Shown: positions 14,391 through 29,138, numbered from the stretch's first letter. The stretch: 64,000 nt of DNA from Eledone cirrhosa (GCA_964016885.1 OZ024743.1:221402001-221466000), one strand, 5' to 3'. The notes: a model not told the origin generated them from the sequence alone. Translations and numbers: made by a program.

Positions 14391-15178
14391 CATACATATA
14401 TAGCCGTATGTATGTATGCGTGTGTAGTTTTTTCTGTTTGATATTTTGTTTTACCTCTTCACTTCTTTGGAAAAGGGGTGACATATTTACGAATAGTTTT
14501 CATTATTATTTTTTTTCAATCGTTTTCATATTTCTCTTTTTTTATTCTCTACAAATAGGCAAAATATTTTTTAAAGAATAATTTAGTTCTACAATATTTT
14601 GTTGTTTGTTATCCTAGCTTAACTTAAAATATTCGTGAAGATACAAATCAATTATTCGAAATATTCTCTCTGTTTAAAAGTAAAAGACGCTCAGCTAAAA
14701 CGTATATTTTAATAAAGATGGCACCCCACTTCGTTAAAAAACTCTAATAAATAGTTTCTTTCTCTAGTACTTTCCACTTAAGAAGGCAAATTACAAGTGC
14801 ATCCCGCTTCCTTATATATTTTTCTATTTTCAAAAAGCAATATGATTAAAGCGTTGAAAGCCTAAAACGTTTACGATTCTCTCCTTGGTGTATAAAGAGC
14901 TAAGCTATTGATGTAACATATATAGTCTAAAACAGGATACTTGCAAACCATACCATCTCACGATTTTCAGACTTTCGATACTTAACGACCCGCCCGCCTG
15001 TCTGCCTTGCATACTGCTGCGCACCTGCACACCATACTGCAAATATTGAATACACATATATTCATGCATGTACATACATACATACATGCATGTATACATA
15101 CAATCATGAGCGTTTGTGTTAGTCTGGATCTCTCTGTGTGGGCTTATCTATATCTATATATATCTATATATCTATCTA

Positions 15179-15214
<36 letters not shown>

Positions 15215-15218
<4 letters not shown>

Positions 15219-16580
15219 GTTAAACTTGGAGAGGGTCATACTTGTGTAAATAATATTGCTAGAATTAATAACAGAACATACTCACTCACATGCAGTTCTC
15301 TGGCTACAACCAAAGAGACAGAATCAGAGTATACGAAGGACCACGGAGAAGTATAAGACCCCCATAGAACTGGACATGAAAGGAATTTGCCCATTATACA
15401 GGAGCAAATCATGGAATATCTTAGATAGGAAAAGCCGCCTCATAGTACGACAACCAGAGATACCAGAGTGTCATGTTTCTGGACGCTACCCCTGGTTGGA
15501 AATTAGCTAATCAGTGTAGAAAGGCCCTGAGAAAGACCCACTTAAAGATTAAGGTGGTAGAAAAGCCAGGAACCGCCATAAAATCCCTGATCAGCAAAAC
15601 CTACTCTTTTAAGAAAACCCACTGTAGTAACAAGGAATGTATTATATGTAAGGTAAACCCCCGGATAAACTGTAAAACTAGAAACGTAGTCTATAGCATA
15701 AGATGTACAGAGGGTTCTTTCAGAAACATGACAACAACATACATAGGCGAGACAGCTCGTAGCATAGGAGAAAGGATAGACCAACACTGGGGGAAACTAA
15801 AAGGACGAAAAAATGGTTCAGTACTATAGGAACACGCCAGACAACAACACGACAGTAACATAGACAACATAGAAATTAGAATAATATCTAAAACATAGAA
15901 ATGACCCAGCAGATAGGCAAATCAGAGAGGCCAGCGAAATAGAAATTAGAAGATCAAGACTAAACAGAAAGAATGAATGGAATAACAACAACACCCAAAC
16001 AAACAACACTGACCTAAGAGAAGTATAAATAAATAAATAAATAAATAAATACATGCACAAGCACAATAACAACAAACACATATAAAACACACACTAGTAA
16101 ACTAAGATAGAATACAATAACCAATACACAGTCGCCCAAACACGAACACGCATCAAACAAAACACTATACACACACGCAAACGCATGCGCAGAGTAGACA
16201 AAAATAAAAATAAACAAATAAATAAACAGACTAAATAAAGATGGCGTAGGCATACAATACAACGGGGGGGAAACATAATAGCACCACTGACGATGTTGCA
16301 GATGTGCAACGAAAGAACTTTGTTAGACTATATATATGTGTTTGTGTCTATATTGTATCTGTATTTTTGACCGTTGTGTCAGTCAATAGTAAACATTGAG
16401 GACCGAATAAATTAAATTAGGCCGATATAAAAGACACAGAAGCGAAAACCAACCAAACAGTGAGTATGTTCTGTTATTAATTCTGGCAATATTACACAAA
16501 TATGACCCTCCCCAAGTATAACAATATTTGTTTCGACACACGATTTCATATCAAAAACCTCGCAAAAACTAATTCATCGC
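15215..16580 (+). pseudogene. decayed 5'-truncated Penelope-like element (RT C-terminus + GIY-YIG + pLTR)
   Basis: Frameshifted fragments homologous to ORF 55261-56721 (MQFSGYNQRDRIRVY; CPLYRSK; CSNKECIIC; NVVYSIRC; YIGETARSIGERI); shared 3' UTR motifs catgcgca and atggcgtagg. Confidence 0.9.
16277..16331 (+). ncRNA. degenerate minimal hammerhead in PLE pLTR
   Basis: CTGACGA-t-gttgca gatg tgcaac-GAAA-gaac-TT; stem I weak; same position as the HHR at 57023. Confidence 0.6.
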
Positions 16581-16609
16581 CGTTATATATATATATAATA
16601 TATACGTAT

Positions 16610-17010
16610 ATCACATCAGAATCGGAGAATCAGTGGTGGGACGAATTAAAATGTATTAGACATATTACAATCGTTTCTCTGACGACCAGCTCGAGGCCAC
16701 GATCAATGCGATGATCGAACCTGACTCTGAAATCGCAAGATCCTCGGATACGTCTCGATCTTTCGAAGCAGAGTTTTCAGCGAGACGTATCTGAGGATCT
16801 TGCGATTTAAGAGTCAGGTTTCGATCATCGCATTCATCGTACTTCGAGCTGGTCGCCAGAAGAAACAATTGTAATATGTAATAATAAATTTTAATTCGTC
16901 GGCACCACTGATTCTCCGTTTCTTAGGTGATATTATACTCTTCTCTGTAAGAGCATCGAGTGCTCACAACGGCCTACCGCATAAGGACGCTTTAAGCATC
17001 CCACAATCAA
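16610..17010 (+). mobile_element. fold-back element with ~135-bp inverted arms plus conserved tail
   Basis: Arms 16623-16757 and 16781-16918; tail atactc...gagtgctc; homologous to 53650-54045. Confidence 0.75.
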
Positions 17011-17183
17011 TTATATATATATATATATAGTATATATATATTATAATATATATATATAATATATATATATATATTATATATATATATATACTTATATATC
17101 ATATATATGTATATATACATATATATATATATGTATATATATATGTATGTATGTATATATATATACATATATATATATGTATG

Positions 17184-17216
<33 letters not shown>

Positions 17217-17249
17217 GTATGTATATATATATATACATATATATATATG

Positions 17250-17289
<40 letters not shown>

Positions 17290-17293
<4 letters not shown>

Positions 17294-17486
17294 TTAATAT
17301 AGATTGAGATTCTACAGGACTAGAACTGTTTTCATTCATTAGAAATCATCAGGAATCCTGATGATTTCTAATGAATGAAACAGTTCTAGTCCTGTAGAAT
17401 CCCATCTATATTAACACTGTTTATACTCTGCTATGTATTGAGTACCTCTTACTTACTGTGGTTACCTCCGATTCAACCCGGAATAA

Positions 17487-17488
<2 letters not shown>
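17290..17488 (+). mobile_element. palindromic double-HHR element plus tail
   Basis: Inverted repeat 17294-17414 centred on aggaatcct; each arm carries the HHR seen at 8280-8332; followed by tactc...gagta tail and (TA)n. Confidence 0.8.
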
Positions 17489-17519
<31 letters not shown>

Positions 17520-17540
17520 ATATATATACATATATATGTA

Positions 17541-17575
<35 letters not shown>

Positions 17576-17576
17576 G

Positions 17577-17625
<49 letters not shown>

Positions 17626-17656
17626 GTATATATATATACATATATATATATGTATG

Positions 17657-17687
<31 letters not shown>

Positions 17688-17800
17688 GTATGTTATGTAT
17701 GTATGCTATATATATATACATATATATATATGTATGTATGTATATATATATATATATGTATTTGTATATATATATATACATATATATATATGTATGTATG

Positions 17801-17859
<59 letters not shown>

Positions 17860-18020
17860 TATATATATATATATGTATGTATATATATATACATATATAT
17901 ATATGTATGTATATATACATATATATATATATGTATGTATATATATACATATATCTATATGTATGTATATATACATATATACATATATATATATGTATGT
18001 ATCTATATACTATATATATA

Positions 18021-18071
<51 letters not shown>

Positions 18072-18201
18072 ATGTATGTATGTATATATACATACATATA
18101 GAGAGAGATATGTGTGTGTGAGTGTGTGTATGTATATAGTGTAAAGGAGACATAAACATAAGACAATTCCACTCTTCAGCTGTCTGCTGTGTGTCTCGGC
18201 A

Positions 18202-18231
18202 GAGAGAGAGAGAGAGAGAGAGAGTGAGAGA

Positions 18232-18328
<97 letters not shown>

Positions 18329-18332
18329 AGAG
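18202..18332. repeat. (GA)n microsatellite
   Basis: Directly visible. Confidence 0.95.
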
Positions 18333-19151
18333 ATTGCATTAATCCCTTCAAAAGTGAGTATATCAGAAGCCGAAACCAAAACATAGCATTGTTTACATGT
18401 TTAGCAATTGTCTGATGACAACACATTATATAACTATTACATAAAGTTATTTTAATGAGTTTAAAATGTACATAACAAGTGTGATATAAGACAATAAACT
18501 GAAGTTCAATATGTAAAATATAATACTAAAAAAAGGCAAACGGTGGTATTAACCCATACTACAAATGTATTTACAATGCATTTGTATTTATAATGCATTT
18601 GTAGTGTCGTGGGGGTTTAATGCCCTCTGGGGTTTAATAACCCCCATTTACCCTGTACACATAAACTTGAACGTCACAACTGTAACCAATTTTGTCGTAA
18701 GTTAATTCTGGGCTGATAGGAGCTGGGCAGCGGCAGCATCAACCGGAAGTCACTAAAGGAGGTGATCTGTATAAGTCATGACATCATCGATGGCATTAAG
18801 TGTTAGACTACCGCACCATTAACAACTATAATTCACCAACTACCACTACAGCTGAAACAACTACTACAGCAACAACTACCACCAAAAACAGCACACCATC
18901 ACTGAATCCAACAACTACCACAAAACAACAGCATCACCACCACCAGATACAACAGCAACAACAACAACAACAACATCAAAAACAACAAACTACAACACAC
19001 TACGGCATATATAACAACAGCAACAACATCAGCAACAGCAAAAAGCAACGTATTGTTAAAAGATAGGAACAATGCTAAACAAATAGGCTGACATTTGCAA
19101 ATTTTCTCAATAGATTTTATACCAACTGTTCACCCACCAACACCACTATCA

Positions 19152-19990
19152 TGGTGGTGGTGTTTGTGGTGGTTGTGGTGGTGTTGGTGAGAGAGTGGTG
19201 GTGGTGGTGGTGGTGTTGGTGGGTGGTGATGGTGGTGGTAGAGTGGTGGTGATAGTGGTGGTGGTGGTGGTGGTGGTGGTGGTGGTGGTGGTGGTGGTGG
19301 TGGTGGTGGTGGTTGTGGTGGTGGTGGTGTGGTGGTATTAGTGGAAGTGGTAGGGTTGTGGTGGTGGTGATGGTGGTGGTGGTATTATTGGAAGTGGTAA
19401 GGTTGTGGTGGTGGTGGTGGTATTAGTGGAAGTGGTAGGGTTTGTGGTGGCGGTGGGTGGTATTAGTGGAAGTGGTAGGGTTGTGGGTGGTGGTGGTATT
19501 AGTGGAAGTGGTAGGGTTGTGGTGGTGGTGGTGGTGGTATTAGTGGAAGTGGTAGGGTTGTGGTGGTGGTGGTATTAGTGGAAGTGGTAGGGTTGTGGTG
19601 GTGGTGGTGGTGGTGGGTGGTATTAGTGGAAGTGGTAGGGTTGTGGTGGTGGTGGTGGTGTTGTGGTATTAGTGGAAGTGGTAAGGTTGTGGTGGTGGTA
19701 GTGGTATTAGTGGAAGTGGTAGGGTTGTGGTGGTGGTGGGTGGTGGTTGTGGTATTAGTGGAAGTGGTAGGGTTGTGGTGGCGGTGATGGTGGTGGTGGT
19801 ATTATTGGAAGTGGTAAGGTTGTGGTGGTGGTAGTGGTATTAGTGGAAGTGGTAGGGTTGTGGTGGTGGTGGTGGTCGTTGTGGTATTAGTGGAAGTGGT
19901 AGGGTTGTGGTGGTAGTTGAGGTGGTGGTGGTATTATTGGAAGTGGTAGGGTTGTGGTGGTGGGAGAGTGGTGGTGTTAGTGGTGGGTGT
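19152..19990 (+). repeat. (GGT)n-derived higher-order minisatellite
   Basis: Core ggtattagtggaagtggtagggttgt recurs about 15 times, separated by variable (GGT)n. Confidence 0.9.
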
Positions 19991-20275
19991 GGGAGAGAGA
20001 TGATTGAATGGCAGTATCCCCACCATCATAACCACTATTATGATTGTGGTGATGGCGGGGGGTAGTGTTGATGGTAGTGTTGATGGTGGTAGGGAAGAGA
20101 CGATTTGTGCGACAGTATGCACACCATCCTAACCACCGCCCTAATTATCAAATAATGAAAATGTCCTTGAACATACTGCATAGGTTTTTCTCTTTGCTTT
20201 GTTATAACTTCATACATACCTTACATAAGAATCAGTATATATATTATTTATATATGCAATTGCGTATGTACGTAC

Positions 20276-20628
20276 GTGTGTATGTATGTATGTATTTATA
20301 CATTTACATACGTAGGTATGTATATATATTTTTATGTATGTATGTATGTATGTATCTATGTATGTATGTATGTATGTATGTATGTATGTATGTATGTATG
20401 TATGTATGTATGTATCTATGTATCTATGTATGTATCTATGTATGTATGTATGTATGTATATATGTATGTATCTATGTATGTATGCATCTATGTATGTATG
20501 TATCTATGTATGTATATATGTATGTATCTATGTATGTATGTATCTATGTATCTATGTATGTATCTATGTATGTATGTATGTATGTATGTATGTATGTATG
20601 TATGTATGTATGTATGTATGTATGTATA
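20276..20628. repeat. (ATGT)n microsatellite
   Basis: Directly visible. Confidence 0.95.
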
Positions 20629-21423
20629 TGAAGCAAGGATGAGGAGGAAGATGAAAACAATGTAGAAAATTATGATTGTAAGTATGAGAGATTCACTGTG
20701 AGGAGGATGATATGTTGCCAGGAGGACTTGGATGTTGTTTGTTTGATGAAGTTCGATTGTATTGTAGTTTGAGTAAATTGATTTATATCTCAGAACACTT
20801 GGGTTGCACGTTAGAAATATTCTTATTAAAATTTCATTCCATACCCGATATTTATGTCTTAAAAGAAAACGAATTCATTTGTTTAAAATAAGATTATTTA
20901 TTCCGTCAAATGTCGGATTTGAAACTACGGTCCAATCTTTGGATAATTCATGGAACTCACATAGTTACAATAAAAGAATCATGACAAATCGGTGAAACAA
21001 AATTATGAACGACAAAACGCTTGAGTGTAGATAAATCGTATGAAACTTGAAGAAATAAACTGTATTTGTGATGGTGTGTATTGAGACATGTAAAAAGGAA
21101 ACAGATAGGGATAGGCTAACTACGTGACCGATGGATTCATAGAGAATAAGACTACCATAGTCAACTGACCTGCAGTCAGCAGTAGCCGAAATGACCACAA
21201 CGAAATTTATTGCTATCGAGATTTGCAAACAAAAGAGAGACAGCCGTTATCTACTTCGCCTTTCATAAGAGGTTAGGCCTCTGTTGTATTTAGTCCTTTG
21301 GTGAGGGGTTTTGCACCGAAATATTGAATATTAATATGACAATAAATATATAACCGTAGTTTCGTATTACATCAAAAACTGTCTAATGTACGATTTAGCT
21401 ACATAAGTATGCTTGTATGTATG

Positions 21424-21457
<34 letters not shown>

Positions 21458-22001
21458 TGTATGTATGTATGTATGTATGTATGTATGTATGTATGTGTTT
21501 TCGATGTCAGAGAGTGGGATTGGTCGAATGCAAGGCCTTTCCCCTCTTAAACAACCTTAAAAGCACAGACATTGCTGGTTCAGGATCTGTTACAGATTCA
21601 TGTGGCTGACCGTAGCCTAAAGGTGCATCATTTTCTGTAATCTAACAAGCGATTGCAACACTCCTAGCAGAGTTTGACACCATTATGTGTGTGTATGTAC
21701 GTATGTATATATGTGCGTATGTATGTGTATATGTATGTATGTATATAAGTGCATATGTATGTATATATGAATGCATGTATGTATATATGAATGTATGTAT
21801 ATATGTATGTATTTAGGTATGTGTGTATGTATATGTGTGTGTGTGTGTGTTTCTTATATATTCACATATAAAATATAAAAACCTAAAATTATGTCTAATC
21901 TCCATTTTCGTAAACATTTCAGAGATGATTTCATTGTCGATTTTGTTACCCATCCCCACTACTTCCATTTCTCCACACTCTCATCTTTCACCCTCTCTCT
22001 C

Positions 22002-22090
<89 letters not shown>

Positions 22091-22619
22091 GTACATTCAT
22101 AAATGTGTATATATATATATATATGTATACATACATATATACATACGTACATACACACATACAGGCAGACAGTCAGACAGTTATATAAAACATGTTTGTG
22201 TGTTTTTGTGTGTTACTTTTTTTCTTAAATGATAGTCTGGTATAAAAAGCTTCAACATTTAAATACGCCATATTTTTTAAATAAAAATTTGACATGAAAG
22301 TATAATAAAACTCTTTCAGAATGATACAATGTGTGTGTTCATGTTAAGAGCCAGAGCAACACTTTTAGATATAATTATAGGACATTATCGATGAATTTGA
22401 ATTAGCCATAATTATAGTCATGTTTAAGTTTTGTGTTTTGCTTCTTTTTTTGTTGTTGTAATTTCTTTTTGTAGTAAAAGTATGTTTATTAAAAATAACT
22501 CATGAAGTAGTATTATTATCAATATTATCTATACTACTATTCTTATCATCATTATCACTTCATCAACATCATCATCATTATCATCGACATCCTTAGCATC
22601 AGTATGAACATCATTATTA

Positions 22620-23525
22620 TGAATTGGCAGTATCGGTAGAGGGTTGGACGCCATGCTTTGATGCATAGAGTTACGGCCCTTGCCATTCTGAGTTCAAATC
22701 CCGCCTAGGTTAACTTTGCCTTTCATCCTTACGGAGTCGATAAAATAAAGTACCAGTAATGCACTGGGATAATTGCTGGCCTTGTGCCAAAAGTAGAAAC
22801 AATTATTATTAGGGTCGGACGCCATACTTTGTAGCACAGTTACGTCCCTTTACGGACTGAGTTCAAATCCCGGCGAGGTTAACTTTGCCTTTCCTCCTTA
22901 CGGGGTCGATAAAATAAAGTACCAGTAATACACTGGAATAATTGCTGGCCTTGTGCCAAAAAGTAGAAACAATTATTATTATTTATTACTATTTTTATTA
23001 TTATTAGAGTTTTGGATTGGCAGTATCGGTAGAGCGTCAGACATCATGCTTTGAAGCATAGAGTTATGACCCTTTATGTTCTGAGTTCAAATCCTGCTGT
23101 GGTTAGCTTAGACTTTTATCCTTACTAGGTCGATAAAATAAAGCATCACTAATGTACTGGGGTCAATTTAATCTATTTCCCCGCCACCCACATTACTGGC
23201 CTTTTGCCTATACTTGAAATCAACGATCTGAGTTCAAATCCCGCCGAGTTTGACTTTGCCTTTCATCCTTACGTGGTCGATAAAATAAAGTACCAGTAAT
23301 GCATTGGGTAATTGCTGGCCTTGTGCCTAAAGTAGAAACAATTATTATCATTTGCTGAAAGGTGGGTGAATGTGGCGAGAATGAGTTCATATCATGTCGG
23401 GGTCAACTTTGCTTTTCATCCCGGGTCGATAAAATAAAGTACCAGTCACATACTGAGGTCGATGTCATCGACTTGCCCCTTCTCTTCAAATTGTTGACAT
23501 GGTCCCTAAACCAGAAACTGTATTT
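22620..23525 (+). mobile_element. cluster of five co-oriented tRNA-derived SINE copies
   Basis: Repeated gagttcaaatcc (box B-like)...aactttgcctttcatcc...gtcgataaaataaagtaccagt...ccttgtgcc...agaaacaattattatt; tggcagtatcggtagag heads at ~22626 and ~23018. Confidence 0.85.
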
Positions 23526-24404
23526 GCTACAATAACAACTATTACTATTTGACAGGTACTTATTTTAATTTTTGATAAAATATTTATGTTTTATTATATT
23601 GCGTAATAGAATTAAATGTAAATTCATAATTTTTAGTCCATGAGGATTTTCACGTGATTCTTCCGTGCTACCTTTTGAAAAAGGATGTGCATTGTTATTA
23701 TAGAGGTCTACAATGCGATGCCAAACATAGTCTGCGACAGATTTTCAATTTCTATTTTACAGAAAAGAATCTCCAACTTTGGCACTAATCGTACGTCAAA
23801 TTGTTTTTTTGATTTTGTTTTTTTAATTTCGTTTAACATACAGAAAAAGAAATCAACACTACGCCCTTAATAACCATATGGGCGTCTTCGCGACATCTAG
23901 GGGACTTAAAACCTGGTGTAGTGTATCCCCTCGCCAGGTTTGAACACAATCGATTTCTTACATAAAAAGAGAGGTAGGGAAGAGAGAGAGACAACGTGTG
24001 TAGGGGAGAGGGACAGGGGTGATAAGTGAAAAAAAAACCCGCCATATTACTTTTTTTTTATAGATAAGATAAAAAGGCGAAGATGAATTCGTCTGGATTT
24101 GAACTCAAAGAATTTAGACCTCCGAAACAAATGCCGCACGACTTTCTTTGCGACGTCCCAAAGATGCAGTCGATTCGTCGCCACGTATGTACGTTATTAA
24201 TTCTCATATGTTAGTTATCTCTCTCTGCACCAACTGGGAAAACGTTTCAGCCATGATGCGTATGTAAAACAAATTTATATGATTTTTGAAACAATGTGCA
24301 ATCCAGACTGCTAATAAAAAACTTGCTTTATACTAGATCCAAATATTGATGTAGTAGACGAAAATAGATAGATAGATAGATAGATAGATACAGATATAGA
24401 TATA

Positions 24405-24446
<42 letters not shown>

Positions 24447-24742
24447 CTTTGGGAATGAGAGAAATGTGCTAGATATACCAAATAACTGATGGCATCTACG
24501 TTTCGATGCTGATGTATGTATATGTGTATATATTGTGGGGCATTATGCATAGGTGTATACATGTGCTTATAAATATATATTTGCATACGTATGCATATGT
24601 AAAAATTATATTAGTATGTATGTATTTATGTGCAACTCTGTTGTGCGTAAAATCGTTTCCTGATATATAAACCATGTGTATGGGTACGTATTCATCCGTG
24701 CTGATATACTTACACATTTAGTATGTATATAAACACACACAC

Positions 24743-24813
<71 letters not shown>

Positions 24814-24871
24814 CGTGTGTGCGTGTGTATATATATATATTTATATGTATATATATATATATATTTATATG

Positions 24872-24911
<40 letters not shown>

Positions 24912-24961
24912 TATAAATATATGTATACATATATATATATGTATGTATGTGTGTGTATATA

Positions 24962-25062
<101 letters not shown>

Positions 25063-25261
25063 GATATGTAGTGATAGATAAGCGGATGGTATAGATAGAT
25101 TATAAACAGTTCGTGTTGTTGCTTAAATAGAAAACACGATAGAGAAGATGCAGAGAGAAAGCGGTATGTGCGCAGACGAACACACAAATACATAGATACA
25201 TGCACACACACTCACATGCATACATACATATATACGTGTGTATGCATGCATAAATACAAAC

Positions 25262-25294
<33 letters not shown>

Positions 25295-25324
25295 ACGAAG
25301 GAATTGTAGTAAATTCTTATTTAC

Positions 25325-25369
25325 TCCAGAAATAGCCGTCGAAACGGCTTGAGCTCTGCCGTCGGGATC

Positions 25370-25376
<7 letters not shown>
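25325..25376 (+). mobile_element. fragment of the 41.1-kb fold-back family (HHR 3' half)
   Basis: ccagaaatagccgtcgaaacggcttgagctctgccgtcggga matches an arm of 41144-41259. Confidence 0.7.
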
Positions 25377-25413
<37 letters not shown>

Positions 25414-25598
25414 TTATATATATGTATATAATATATATATATATATAATATATATAATACATATAATATATATAGGTATGCGTGATATATAGATACCTTT
25501 CGATACTGTATATATTTTCTGTATATGAGTTCATTGACAACAATAAGTGAAAAGAAAGAAATAAGTCAAAATGTGGGTGGGTGGATAGACAGAATGAC

Positions 25599-25633
<35 letters not shown>

Positions 25634-25688
25634 ACTACCTTGATTAAATCTTAACCATTTAACATCTCAGGGTATGTCATGTATCATT

Positions 25689-25745
25689 ATATTTTGTCTG
25701 ATGAGGACGTACTGCTGTACATCCGAAATATGTATAATAAAATGT
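25689..25745 (+). ncRNA. type I hammerhead ribozyme
   Basis: atattttgt-CTGATGA-ggacgtac tgct gtacatcc-GAAA-tatgta-TA-ataaaatgt: stems I and II pair with G-U pairs and one mismatch; in a ~260-bp island between (TA)n. Confidence 0.75.
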
Positions 25746-25946
25746 AATTGATCAAAAGAACATCTATTTTATTAATATTTATATTTTAATATTAATAACT
25801 CCGGTAAATTATTTTTTCTCGTAGAGTGCTTCCAATCTACTGTAAAACTCATTCTTTGACATACTCATTGAATATTGTTTAACACTTTAATATATATATA
25901 TATACAAGAAGCTTAGTAAAATTGAAGCTTTGGCTGTGGCCAAGCA

Positions 25947-26029
<83 letters not shown>

Positions 26030-26383
26030 GATAATTTAATATATCTACTAACATAAGCGCACAGATGTACGCTAATGCCAGCAAATACACAGGTTATGTC
26101 ATAGTACCTAGGTGGTTCAATGCAGGAGGATGCAGAGTATATATATATATAACTACATAAACGGAGAAAGCTATTAGCGATACTCCGACCAATTTCCAAC
26201 TCACTCAACAAACATTAGGAAATACCTGAGTATATTCCCAATTAAACCTTTGGAGTGCTAACTATATTGTATTGTGTGGATAACTGGCTGTATTATTTTA
26301 TATGAGATATATTAAAGATCTCATTTCCCAAACGAATCGTTTCGTTGTAAGAATTCTACATGGTGGGTGAAATTATACCAAGT

Positions 26384-26442
<59 letters not shown>

Positions 26443-26463
26443 TGAGAGAGAGAGTGAGAGAGA

Positions 26464-26496
<33 letters not shown>

Positions 26497-26921
26497 GGTG
26501 AGATACATGCATACGTACATAGATAGATAGATACGGTACATTATCAGAGAAAGCATCTCTACATCTCCACATTTACACCAGATTGTCGTTCGGAACAAAA
26601 TTGCATATTTTCTCTCCTCTAACATTTTACCGTATTGATTTGAAACAATTGAAGCTGCCATATATTTCCCTTTAACATATTTTCTCTCTCCTTGTCTCTC
26701 TCCTTCTCTCTCTCTCACTCTCTCTCTCTCTCTTTCTCTCTCGCCTTCTCCCTCCCTCTCTCTGTCTCTCTCTCTCACTCTCTAACCTGTGTTTCTTTCA
26801 TTTACTCACTATCTCCATTTGTTCTCTCGTTTGCTCTATTTCCCTATTTTCATTTTCTCTTTCCCCCGACAAACACACATACATTCTCTCTCTCTCTCTA
26901 TATATATATATAATATATATA

Positions 26922-26974
<53 letters not shown>

Positions 26975-27794
26975 ATTACTCTATATCTCTATCTATCTCT
27001 GTCTATCTCTCCTCCCTCTCTCTCGTTCTCCCTCTATTTCTCTATCTCTCTATCTCTCTATCTCTCTCTATCTCTCTCTCCCTCACTCTCTTTCTGCCTC
27101 TCTGCCATTTTATCTTTGATTCCTTAGAATTTACATTAAATAAATAGATAAATGAATAAAGGCATAAAAATAAATTTCATAAATGGCGGAGGAGGGAGAA
27201 AAGAAACAAACAATGCAGAAATAATTATCTCATGGTTTCATCTCCATATTCTTGGCCCATGTCGTTCGAAATAGCAACACTTGGAAATGAATAACTAATA
27301 TTGATTTTTCTTTTTTTTTTGCTTTATGTGTGAAGAACATTCTATAGCAATAGACAAGCTTTCAGCATATCTATATCGCGTTGATGCGGTTTCAATCTTC
27401 AGCTAAATTTAAAAGTAAAAAAAAAACATTTAGGCGTTGTTCAGTTAAGAGTCTCCTTCACGATCAGGTGGTTTCTGGTTCCATTCAAATGCCAGGTAAT
27501 ATCTTATCAAAAGGCTTTTACTTAAAATTATGATAGAATATTTAAGTCTAAACATAAGCTAGTTCTAATTTGATGTTTTATATCATGTAACATAATAGGT
27601 AACGAATTGACAGAATCGTTGGATCGTCGGATGAATGCTTTGCGGTGTTCGTTCCAGCTTTCTGTGCTCTGAATACAAATCTCGTCGAGATCAACTTTAA
27701 TCCTTTCAAGGCTAATATATAAGGCATCAGCCTAATACGGGTGCCGATTCTACCTCTACATCTATTTCCACTTCCTCTCTCTTGCTCTCTCTGT

Positions 27795-28221
27795 ATATTA
27801 ACTGAAAAAATGAAACGAAATTTCTTTTCTCACTCTTAGTACGGCTGTTACTTAAATATAAGTATGTATACGTACATACATATATGTATACAGACGTACA
27901 GTAGTATGTATATATATATACATACATGCACACATATATATATGTACGTATGGATTCACCGAACATTTATTATAATGCTCGGTGTGTTTGTAAACAAACA
28001 TCCCGAATTAAGTCGTACAGTGTTTAGCAACCATCGTTGCCCTTTTTGTTCAACACTGACAAAGGAACGATGTACTAGTTTCAAGCTTATTAGCTATCGT
28101 CAGTACCGTAAACCTTCCTGCCAGATGATTGAACGTATATATATATATATATATGTGCATGTATGTATATGTATACATACTACTGTACGTCTGTATAGAT
28201 ATATGTATGTACGTACACATA

Positions 28222-28225
<4 letters not shown>
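27795..28225 (-). mobile_element. diverged copy of the 470-nt HHR repeat unit with inverted terminal segment
   Basis: Reverse complement aligns to 54402-54871 in permuted order; HHR CTGACGA...GAAACTAGTA at 28066-28110(-); 28150-28225 is an inverted copy of ~27860-27930. Confidence 0.75.
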
Positions 28226-28266
<41 letters not shown>

Positions 28267-28269
<3 letters not shown>

Positions 28270-28341
28270 CACTCTACTAACCTATGTATTGAGTACTTTG
28301 GTGCGTTATGGTCCACCTGGTTCCTTACCCCATTTCCTTCG

Positions 28342-28343
<2 letters not shown>
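28267..28343 (+). mobile_element. tail-only copy of the 41.2-kb family
   Basis: cccactctactaacctatgtattgagtactttggtgcgttatggtccacctggttcctt between (TA)n tracts. Confidence 0.7.
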
Positions 28344-28382
<39 letters not shown>

Positions 28383-28384
<2 letters not shown>

Positions 28385-28670
28385 GGCTGTCCCCTCATTA
28401 TCGAGTATGACCATTGCACGATATACGATTATTAATAATTATCAATTAATTCTATCGTGCAATGCTTGTACGTGAAGATTCTTTTTAAAGTGAGGAAAGA
28501 CTGTGCACTGAGCCAATCCCACTCTCTGAGCGACAGTAGCTATAACCCGAAAAGAAGAAAAGATCAACATCATCGGTAACTATTGAGCCGCAGGTTTTAA
28601 GTCAGAGTTATCCCAGTTTCCTGAGTTGCCTTCTCCTAGAAGAATGTCCTAACAAAGGCTAGGTGTCTTC
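28383..28670 (-). mobile_element. bipartite RTE-derived element (family B)
   Basis: Shares ccttctcctagaa, agcca.tcccactctct and a tggctg...cgagta terminus with family A; internal hairpin attgcacgata/tatcgtgcaat. Confidence 0.65.
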
Positions 28671-28676
28671 CACTCG

Positions 28677-28745
<69 letters not shown>

Positions 28746-29138
28746 TCTCTCACCCTCTCTCTCTCTTTGTGGAAGCAATCGACTGTGTTCAGAGATGGAG
28801 AAGGATGGGCTTGCAAAGTTTTAAACGAATGCTCAAAACATGTTGTACGTCACTATGGTGTTCCAACTCCACCAGGACCTACGGATCCATACATACTTAC
28901 ATACACACATACATACATACATACATACATACATACATACATACATACATACATACATGCACACATACATGCATACATACATACATACATACACACATAC
29001 ATACATACATACATACATACATACATACATACATACATACATACATACATACATACATGCACACATACATACATACATACATACATACATACATACATAC
29101 ATACATACATACATACATACATACATACATACATGATG

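Noticed and set aside
16679-16875. CTGACGA in the left arm read as an HHR with a 170-nt stem II
   Set aside because: Nine extra nucleotides complementary to the core separate the helix from GAAA, and no stem I forms.
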